DNA of 63,881 bases, filler included, from Collodictyon triciliatum (lineage: Eukaryota): the NCBI GenBank assembly GCA_043381765.1. It is 21 parts of 21 records of this genome, joined end to end, with 100 filler letters (N's around TTAATTAATTAA, not from the genome) between each part and the next. Parts side by side here need not be neighbours in the genome. Positions count along the whole stretch, not along the records: positions 55,130 to 58,087 come from JBHJMP010008017.1; positions 58,188 to 61,144 come from JBHJMP010008018.1; positions 61,245 to 63,881 come from JBHJMP010008058.1; 18 more parts are not named here. One strand, given 5' to 3'. Shown here piece after piece: positions 55,130 to 63,881 of the stretch (position 1 is its first letter; every line of letters begins with the position of its first letter). The translations under genes and the position numbers were made by a program. The notes under the pieces were generated by a model. That model had not been told where the DNA came from. It saw only the letters and a list, made by a program, of their open reading frames with translations, and made no database searches.

Positions 55130-58087
55130 CTTTGGATACTGTGGGAGACCTGCTTGTTGGATTTTTCTTGGAGTCTTTTGAGAACTCGTTCTTGTTGTCT
55201 GTTCTGAATGTGCGTCTTGGAAAGCATCAGACAGAAGGTATGCAATTTATTGTATTTTTGAAGAATTTAAGTCATGAATATGAGTTTATGTATGGAGATA
55301 TATTCAATAATCTATTAAATCATAGATGCAAAGGCTGCTGATTACCTGAATCTTGGTCGTGTCTACAAGAACCTCCAAAAGTAAAAAAAAACGTTAATGA
55401 TTATATATTAATACATGACATGATGTTTTAATGGTAACTTTTCTAAAATAAAAAAAATATATTACACAGCTGGGTCGAGTCCATGGTCTACTACAAGAAA
55501 TGTCTCAATTCAGTTGAGAAAAATGAAGATGATTCCCTGCGCATTGCTACCATTCATGAAGAGATGGGAATCATCTACCAGCAACAGGACAAGTAAGGCT
55601 CTCTTTCAACTGTAAAATAAATTATGAACGATGTTTCAAAAAAGGAATTATTCTGTTTTGCTTATTAAACAGAATTGATGAAGCTCTTGATGAATACAAA
55701 AAATCACTGGACTTGAGAGTCAAACAACTGGGTGAGAACGACTTGCAAGTGGCCCAATCACATGACCGCTTCGGAGACATCTACGTGAAGCAGTCAAAGT
55801 AATATTTTAATAATTTATATTCGTTTTTATTCTACCTTTTTATTTTTGTAAAAATATATTTATACTGATCAGTTTTTATGATAGGAATGAGCAAGCTCTG
55901 GTTGAATATGAAAAGGCCATGGATATCCGCCAGAAGAGAGTCGGAAACGAGCATCCTCTTGTCGCAACATCGTACCAGAACTATGGCCATGTCTCTCTGG
56001 CTGGGAAAAAGTAGCACATTTATCCATTAAAGACAGTTTTTAATCAATTATAATTTGAGATATTAATATGATTGAATCAAAGGTATGAAGAGTCTATTGA
56101 AAACTACGAAAAGGCGAAATCTATCCTTGAAAAGTCGCTGGGAGCTAAGCATGCATCTGTTGCCTCGACAATCCAGTTTATCGCAAACGTTCATCTTGCC
56201 AGTGGAAAGTTCGGATTTCTAAACTACAGATATTTTCATAAAACAATTATTCCTTTCAATTTTCAAAAAGAATTTGGCATCATATCTTTCATTTGTATCC
56301 TATTTAGGGTTAAAATTGCATCATACAATTCTAATTAATTATATAAATATCAAAACTATTATCTTTTATAGGAAAAGTGAGGCCTTGTCCTCATTAAAGC
56401 AATCGCTGGATATTTTCATGTCTGCCCTGGGTGAAAATCATCCGAATGTCGTGGCCTGCTTTGAAATGATTGGAGACATCAGCCATGATTTGAAAGAGTA
56501 TCCCTTTCTATAGATTTTTTTTATTGAAACAACTATAATGTTTTTACTCACATTATCCTAGCCTCAAGGGTGCTTTGGAGGCGTATACAAAGACGCTGGA
56601 TATTCGTGTGAGAACACTGGGCGAAAAACATGCAGAGTATGCGACTTCCCTTGAGAATGTTGGCCGAACAAACTTTGATCTTGAAAGGTTTATTTTTCTG
56701 TTATATTAAAAAAATCGAATATTTTGATTAATAGTTATAAAAAAACATAGAATAATAACTAATATACCTTCATTTAGATTGGACCAAGTTCTTGAATACT
56801 TCCAGAAGGCAGTTGCTATCAGAAAGGAGACAAGCACAATCATGTCACTGAAAGATGGTTCACAATGTACAAGGATTGCAAAACTTATGGGAGACAAGAA
56901 GGAGCATGAAGCCGCCATTCAGCTTTACAAAACAGCTGCTGTCAGACATGGTGAAAAGTCCTCCTACGAAAATTGGGACTGCTGGGTGGCTTGTGAGAAT
57001 GTACACCAACATTGCAAGGATAACAAGCTACATGAAAGTGGAGTTGCATTCTGGGCTGAGATGAGAGACAAATTTGCTGATAAACTGGGATGGATTCACA
57101 CCAGAACATTAAACTCGTGCGAATACTTGTCCGTCCATTCAAAGGAAATTGGAATCAACAAAGAGTCTGTCAAGTTTACAAGAGTCAAGGAATTCATTTT
57201 TGAAACTCTTGATGATGCAAAGCTGGATGAGGAGTGGAATCGTGAGCAAATCATTGCATCATTATTCAGAATTGTCTACATGTCAAAGACTGATGAGAGC
57301 AAATCAAAGACTGCATCTGATGCAATCACACTTTTGAATTTCATGAATATTTCTTTCGGTGGAATGGATTTATCAAACATCAAAATTCCACATGCAAATC
57401 TCAGTAACTCAATCCTTGATGGTGCAAACTTCACTGGTGCCAACTTGGATGGTGTTGATTTCATGAATTCGATGCTTGGTGATTGTGTTTTTGATAATGC
57501 AAAAATGAATAGTGTGAAATTAGGAATTCTTCATGACAAATTAGAAGGTCATATTCTTTACGTCATGAGTATTTGCAGTATCCAAGGACCGAACGGTGAA
57601 AATTGGTTGGCTTCTGGGAGTTATGATAAGACAATAATTATTTGGGATGTAGCCACAGGAAACCAAATCAAAATATTCGAAGGTCACACAAATGTTGTCA
57701 TTAGTGTTTGCAGTATTAAAGGACCGAATGGTGAAAAGTGGCTGGCTTCTGGAAGTTATGATAAGACAATAATTATTTGGGATGTAGCCACAGGAAACCA
57801 AATCAAAGAATTAGAAGGTCATACAAATGCTGTCACTAGTGTTTGCAGCTTTCAAGGACCGAATGGTGAAAAGTGGCTGGCTTCTGGAAGTTTTGATAAA
57901 ACAATAATTATTTGGGATGTGGCCACAGGAAACCAAATCAAAAAATTGGAAGGTCATACAAGTGCTGTCAATAGTGTTTGCAGCATTCAAGGAACGAATG
58001 GTGAAAAGTGGCTGGCTTCTGGAAGTGGTGATAGAACAATAATTATTTGGGATGTAGCCACAGGAAACCAAATCAAAGAATTAGAAG
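55130..58087 (+). CDS. TPR + pentapeptide + WD40 repeat protein (NLR-like C-terminal region), partial at both ends
   Basis: A run of 42-aa TPR exons (LG..H..VA), then one long exon from 56778 with pentapeptide repeats (ANLSN, ANFTG, ANLDG) and at least four 45-aa WD40 repeats. Confidence 0.88.
57541..58087 (+). repeat. 135-bp near-identical coding tandem repeat (WD40)
   Basis: Units start at 57541, 57676, 57811, 57946 and 58081; the contig breaks inside the array. Confidence 0.93.
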
Positions 58088-58187
58088 NNNNNNNNNNNNN
58101 NNNNNNNNNNNNNNNNNNNNNNNNNNNNNNNTTAATTAATTAANNNNNNNNNNNNNNNNNNNNNNNNNNNNNNNNNNNNNNNNNNNN

Positions 58188-58225
<38 letters not shown>

Positions 58226-58314
58226 TTTTATTTTTTTTTTCTTTTTGTTTTTTTTTTTTTTTTTTTTTTTGAGTTTTTACTCTAAACTAATGTCTCTCGC
58301 CGACACTTTGAAAG

Positions 58315-58417
58315 ACTGAGCGATTTCTTGTTTGTCGCCGCTCGATACGCCGCAAAGCACGAATCAAAATCAGAAGTTGCATACAAGAAAGCCAGTGCCC
58401 CAACCCCCAAAGAATAA
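58315..58417 (+). CDS. MMAB: Cob(I)alamin adenosyltransferase, last exon
   Basis: (R)LSDFLFVAARYAAKHESKSEVAYKK...* after an AG acceptor matches the PduO/MMAB RLSDxLFxxAR motif. Confidence 0.75.
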
Positions 58418-58882
58418 AACCATAATCAAATGGAAGAGATTGAAAAAATAATATTTTAAAAAAAAAAACAAAACAATGATACTACAGTTCATTCCTTGTG
58501 GCACTTGCTGTGTAAGATAATGATTCCACATTTGAAAATAATTCCGTACCTTTCCAAACCACAGCTCCTTTTTTAATGAAGGACACCCAAAAGCGGAAGA
58601 GACAAAAAAAACCAAATCAAATATACCTCAGACAACGCGTTGGGTGCGCTTTTAACGGTTTGGATGTGGAACGTCACTTTCGGGAAGGAGAGTGTTCGGT
58701 GGCTTTTATGCACGGGTTCTCGGGAAGGAAGTATGTCACGCTCTGCTCTGTGGGAAGTTGTGGCGCTTCTGGAAAGAAGGGTTGCATGAAAACCCAGGAA
58801 GTTGTGGCTTAGCTTTATAATTGGTGATGTACTCCGACACGAGCGCGGTAGGCCTTTTTTTTTTCCTCCCGCTAAGACGCAT

Positions 58883-58890
58883 ATAAAAGA
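58883..58890 (+). promoter_or_regulatory. Putative TATA box of the carboxypeptidase gene
   Basis: TATAAAAG about 180 nt upstream of the likely ATG at 59063. Confidence 0.45.
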
Positions 58891-59062
58891 GCAGAGGCCA
58901 AGGAGCCGCGAGACAAGAGAAGTCCTAGCGAGGCAGAATCTTTTTGCAGGAGGGAAGCATCGAACAACAAAAAGCCGCAAAGCCAGAGGAAGAGAGCAAG
59001 CAGAAGCAGCAGCCATCGCAACGAAAGACCGACCGGAGAGAGCAACGGCAGCCCATCCAAGG

Positions 59063-60328
59063 ATGATGAGCAGCATGAGGATTGCGGCGCTTCTGGGGCT
59101 GGTGGTGGTGTCCGCCGCCGTGGTTGCGGGGCTGCCGCTGGACCAGAAGGAGGCGATGGAGCGAGTGCGCTACGACGGCGAGTCTGTCGTCCACGCGGTG
59201 ATCGACACGGTGCCGAAGGCGAGCGTGGTGGAGAATCTGGGGCTGGACGTGTGGCTGCGGTCGGGCGAAGGCGCGTGGGACGTCCGCGTGAGCGCCGAGC
59301 AGCTGGGCCTGCTGCAGAGCCACGGCATCGAGACGCGCACATTCATCCCGGATCTGCAGGCGGTGATTGACGCGACGCAGCCGCGGGAGGCGCCGCTGGT
59401 GGACGCGGACGCCTTCTTCGACGACTACCGGCGCTACGACGACATCATCGCCTTCTACAAGCAGCGGGCGGCGCAGTATGCGGGCCTGGTGGTGAAGCAG
59501 GCGGTGGTGGGCAAGTCGATTGAGGGCCGCGACATCCACGCGTTCCACCTGCGGGGGCGGGCGTCCGGGGCGAGGAAGCTGTTCTGGATGGGCGGGCTGC
59601 ACGCGCGCGAGTGGATCTGCCCGTCCACGGTTGCGTTCCAGTTCGAGCAGCTGCTGTCGCTCTACGGCCGGGACGCGGACGCCACGTTCATCCTGGACAC
59701 GTTCGAGGTGGTCATTGTGCCCGTGGCCAACCCGGACGGGTACGAGTACTCGCACGTGCGCGACCGCCTGTGGCGCAAGAACCGCCGCGTCAACGCAGGG
59801 TCCGCGTGCATCGGCGTGGATCTCAACCGCAACTGGGACGCAAAGTGGGCGCAGGGCGGGTCCTCCAACTCGCCGTGCTCGGACACGTACCACGGCACGT
59901 CTGCCTTCTCGGAGCCCGAGACGCGCCTCATCAGCAACTACTTCCTGGGCCTCGGCAAGGTCGATGCCGCCATCGACTTCCACTCGTACACGCAGCTGAT
60001 TCTGCGCCCGTACGGCTACACGCGCACAGACGCCCCCGACGAGGCCCAGATGAAGGCGTGCGGCGACGGCATGGCAGCCGCCATCCTCCCCGTCCACGGC
60101 AAGGCCTACACCTCCCAGAAGTCGATTGACCTCTACGTCACCACCGGCACCACCGGCGACTGGTTCTACCTCGCCTCCAACTACCACGCTTGGACATACA
60201 CCTTTGAGCTGCGTGACACCGGCCGCTACGGCTTTGTCCTCCCGCCCGACCAGATTGTGCCCCAGGGCGAGGAGATCTGGGCCGCCATGAAGTACTTTGC
60301 AAGGTACGTGGCCAGCAACCACCCTTAG
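59063..60328 (+). CDS. Secreted zinc carboxypeptidase, M14A family, with signal peptide and propeptide; intronless
   Basis: GLHAREW, NPDGY, WRKNRR, GVDLNRNW, FSEPE, DFHSY, YTFELRDTG.YGF.LP..QI. The likely start is MMSSMRIAALL, not the start of the ORF track. Confidence 0.96.
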   Translation: MMSSMRIAALLGLVVVSAAVVAGLPLDQKEAMERVRYDGESVVHAVIDTVPKASVVENLGLDVWLRSGEGAWDVRVSAEQLGLLQSHGIETRTFIPDLQAVIDATQPREAPLVDADAFFDDYRRYDDIIAFYKQRAAQYAGLVVKQAVVGKSIEGRDIHAFHLRGRASGARKLFWMGGLHAREWICPSTVAFQFEQLLSLYGRDADATFILDTFEVVIVPVANPDGYEYSHVRDRLWRKNRRVNAGSACIGVDLNRNWDAKWAQGGSSNSPCSDTYHGTSAFSEPETRLISNYFLGLGKVDAAIDFHSYTQLILRPYGYTRTDAPDEAQMKACGDGMAAAILPVHGKAYTSQKSIDLYVTTGTTGDWFYLASNYHAWTYTFELRDTGRYGFVLPPDQIVPQGEEIWAAMKYFARYVASNHP

Positions 60329-60438
60329 CTCTGCACGTGCCTCCCCTGCCGCCGCGCCCACATGCTTCTTTTCTCCCCCTGCATGTTTTTTCTTTCCTCC
60401 TTTCTTCCTTTCCTCTTCAATCTCTCTTGATATGCATC

Positions 60439-60440
<2 letters not shown>

Positions 60441-60533
<93 letters not shown>
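60441..60533. repeat. (TG)n microsatellite
   Basis: About 45 dinucleotide units. Confidence 0.95.
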
Positions 60534-60535
<2 letters not shown>

Positions 60536-61390
60536 CTGGCTCGTCTCCTGCATCTCCTGCCCTGCCCGAAGCACCCTGTCCCACAATAAACCCCGGCGAG
60601 CAAGCGAATCTGTGCGGATGTCTGTCTAGATGTAGCCTGGCTGCCTCTGCGCCCTCGTCCTGCCTAAATAGACCAAAAAAAGAAAGGGGAAAAACATTCA
60701 GGGTGGCTGCGGTTCATGTAGTTGCCCATGCGTTCTGTTTTCCTGAGGGGTGTTTAGATTTTGCGCGGCCTTTTTTTTTTCCCTTTTCTCTTCTGCACTC
60801 TCTTTGGTTCACCCCGTTTCGACTCCAGAGGGGAAGCGCGAAATGGTGGCGGAGTTGTGCGTCCCAGTATGACTTTCCGGGGCGTCGGTGGCTTTGTTGC
60901 CTTCCTGATCACCAGCCTCCTCTGAAAGTGATGCATGCTTGTGCAGATATCAAGGGAAAAGGACAGGGAGCTCTCGAGATCGACGCAGTCTGCTCTGCTC
61001 TGGAGATCCCCGATCGCCCGTAGTCTGCCTTGTCCAACGTGCACAGTTCAGATCACGGACGCCGCGCGGGATGAAGGAGCTTGTCTTGTCCTACACTGTC
61101 GATCTGCCTGCAAAGCTTGTGTGGGAGAAAACACTCAAACAGGANNNNNNNNNNNNNNNNNNNNNNNNNNNNNNNNNNNNNNNNNNNNTTAATTAATTAA
61201 NNNNNNNNNNNNNNNNNNNNNNNNNNNNNNNNNNNNNNNNNNNNTCTTCAGTGGGTTGTGTCTTTGTATATTTACGGGGCGGCATATTCCAGGCAATATA
61301 ATTATTGTGTTATTATAACGCGTTGTCTTTAATACAGTATTTACATTTGCACCTGCGTTTGGGTTTAAGTATTATATTCTGTGGTAATGT

Positions 61391-61732
61391 ATGCCTATAA
61401 GAATATCGAGCACTAAATCTAAATTTAGGATAAGGTTGGTATTTAGAAAGGTTTATAGGAAGGGCACAGAGTTAATGTTAAATGAAGAATCATTAAATCA
61501 TTGGATGATACATGGAACAAGAAGGCAACGGATGGTATTAGCAAACGCTATAATGCATAGTTCTTGTTTAGTATGTATACCAATGGAAGAAGAGCCCTTA
61601 GAGTTTGGAGAGTTTATTAAGATTATGATACACGGAACAAAAAATCAACGGAAGAAACTAACAGAAGAAACAAAAGTTGATATTATGTTGTACCATGACG
61701 ACGAGTCCTATTCCGATTCATCTAGTCCCTAG
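61391..61732 (+). CDS. Hypothetical 113-aa intronless ORF
   Basis: Open frame with an internal repeat (MIHGTRRQR / MIHGTKNQR); no family recognised. Confidence 0.35.
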   Translation: MPIRISSTKSKFRIRLVFRKVYRKGTELMLNEESLNHWMIHGTRRQRMVLANAIMHSSCLVCIPMEEEPLEFGEFIKIMIHGTKNQRKKLTEETKVDIMLYHDDESYSDSSSP

Positions 61733-62351
61733 AATCTTCTAGAACATTCCATCTATATCTGGAATTAACCATATATAGATGTATAACGGTGTATATAAAC
61801 GGCGAAAAAGCGGGGTTGAGCAGCAACCTGTCGTATTATCACCTATATAATATAGAGGTGATAATACGACATGAATAAAAAAATATTTTGAATATTTTAG
61901 ACAACCACAGGGAGGTCTTTGACTAGATCCGGAATTTATAATATATACCTTATCAGTTCATCAGTATTATTAAATTTACTCAATAATATAATAATTATAT
62001 AATCTATATCATAATGGATATTTATTTAGTGCAAAAAGAAATATTCCACGCTTCTTTCATTTAAAGAAATTAAAATGACCGATGCAGCGACGATGATCAA
62101 ACGTGAATCAGAACAAGCCAAACCAACAAGACCGTAGCGTGGCACACCACAACCCACACATCAAACCCGTTGCACAGACCTTCGGCCCCTTCTCGACGTA
62201 AACTAGTCAAGATCGCCACGAAAATAGTTAATAAAAAAAAAAGGAGGACATTTAACGGAACTAAGAAATAACAATCGTATATATATACTTCTCGCCTCTT
62301 TTCTCCACCTCAATCAGACAATACCTACCCCACAAACTTCTTGATCGTAGA

Positions 62352-63729
62352 ATGTCCAACCGCCGCAGTTTACACGTTCGAAACATCAATCATCGTACAA
62401 GGTCTGTTGAATACTTACTTCCTAGACACACGCATTTAGCAATGAGCCTTCCTTTTGTCTTATGCTTTATAATCACCCCTGGTATTTTTACAAAGATTCT
62501 TCTGAACAAACAAACAAGCAAACAAATCAAGCAAACAAATCAAGCAAACAAATCAAGCAAACAAATCAAGCAAACAAATCAAGCAAACAAATCAAGCAAA
62601 GATGTATCAAGCCTATAGCCACATGTTGTCAACCGCTTTCTTTTCGTACAATACGCAGCGCCGAGGATATTCGCTACCACTTTGAACGATACGGCCGCGT
62701 TCGTGATGTTTATATTCCGCGCGATCATCACACTCGACAACCACGCGGATTCTGTTATGTTGAATATCCACACATACATACATACAAAAAGCAAAGCAAA
62801 GAAAATTAGTCATTTATGCATTTAATTACCTTTCTTAATTTCTTTTCTCCTTTCTTTTATTGATTTCGTTGGTATTTCCCTCACTGTTGTGCCATTCAAT
62901 TCGACCTCAAGACAATATTCCTTGACGAACATTTCTCACATATCGCGACGACGAAGATGCTGAGTATGCCCAACGTAAACTGGACCGCACCACCTTCGAA
63001 GGGCGCGAAATCACTGTAGAGTTTGCCTCTGGCCAAAGAAAAACTCCCCGTGAAATGGCACGCCAGGAACGGTACCAAAAGCAAAGAGAGAAAAAACCAA
63101 CAACAACAAAAAAAAAAAAAAAAAACAAAAAAAACAAAAATATAAAAAAAAAAAAGAAAAAAAAACCAAAAAAAAAAAAAAAAAAAAAAAACGGAAATAT
63201 CATGAAATACGCCCGGATACACTTGGACGTATCTCGACGCATTTATACAAATGCCGTCCCACCAACTCACATCGAAGCATATATCCACACACCAAAAATA
63301 TATTTTTCCTCTGTACAAGTATTTTATCCCCATCGCCGCTAAATTATGACTCCTTGCTGCGCAGTGCGCGTACTCGTTCTCGTTCCAGATCCCGTTCCAG
63401 GTCGCGCGATCGCCACAGAGGCCGCTCCCGTTCCCGTTCTCGCTCCCATTCTCGCTCCCGTTCTCGCTCCCGTTCTCGTTCGCCTATAGCTGAAAAAAGC
63501 CGTGACCACCGCCGCGAACGTTCTCGAAGCAACTCGTCCCGTTCATCCGTGTATGTGTAAATATGTTCCTATGGTCATCCTGGATGGATGTAAAAGCTTC
63601 TTTATTTTCGCCTCTTTTTCCTCTTTCCTTTGATTCCTTCTCCTTTTCCTCCCATTTCCCTCTTCCTTCACTGACCTAATAGTTGTCACTACTGGCCACA
63701 GGGAGAGAGCTCCGGCTTCGGATGAATAG
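62352..63729 (+). CDS. SRSF10: SRSF10/SC35-like SR splicing factor (exons 62352-62401, 62659-62763, 62940-63071, 63365-63550, 63702-63729)
   Basis: RRM: SLHVRN, FERYGRVRDVYIPRDHHTRQPRGFCYVE|Y...DAEYA..KLD....GREITVEFASGQRKTPREM; followed by an RS domain. Confidence 0.88.
62764..62939 (+). other. AT-AC minor (U12-type) intron
   Basis: Starts ATATCC, has branch TTCCTTGAC at 62918-62926 and ends AC. Its removal restores the RRM frame. Confidence 0.9.
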
Positions 63730-63881
63730 TGGCACAAGACTCTGTCTCCATTCTTCAATGAGACAAGGTTGAGCGACGGCTACTCTCAACTCCTTTTTTT
63801 TTTTCCTTTCATTTTTTTATACTCTTCCTCCTTTTTTTTTTTGAGAGGGGCGTTTGCTATGCAATACCCCCCCCCCCCCAA

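Noticed and set aside
56498-56561. GTATCCCTTT intron as U12-type
   Set aside because: The 5' site is suggestive, but there is no TCCTTRAC branch, and sister introns at the same repeat position look like ordinary U2 introns.
58925-60586. 553-aa antisense ORF
   Set aside because: It is the shadow of the GC3-rich carboxypeptidase and runs through a TG microsatellite.

Overview
This is AT-rich, intron- and microsatellite-rich eukaryotic (protist-like) DNA. It consists of about 20 short contigs joined by an artificial N-TTAATTAATTAA-N linker, so gene order across linkers carries no biological meaning. Recognisable genes, many cut at contig ends: a DUF302-like secreted protein, INTS4, a divergent actin-like protein, ACMSD, an LRR protein, RPL44/eL42, an ABCC/MRP transporter, tRNA-Leu(UAG), PIG-M, LCB2/SPTLC2, an EH-domain protein, ATG8, a stop-interrupted Kelch gene, a SIRT4-like sirtuin, a NACHT-like NTPase, an AXDND1-like protein, a PHO80-type cyclin, a TPR-pentapeptide-WD40 protein, MMAB, an M14 carboxypeptidase and an SRSF10-like SR protein. 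Highlights: (1) three decayed copies of one mobile element carrying a Fanzor (eukaryotic TnpB-like RNA-guided nuclease), with a structured 3' candidate omegaRNA and a head-to-head Cys-rich partner gene; (2) an AT-AC minor (U12) intron; (3) NLR-like receptor genes with one repeat per exon and near-identical WD40 repeats that vary at fixed positions; (4) a non-coding stretch rich in long-range stems. All calls come from manual reading and recalled family motifs. No database searches were run.
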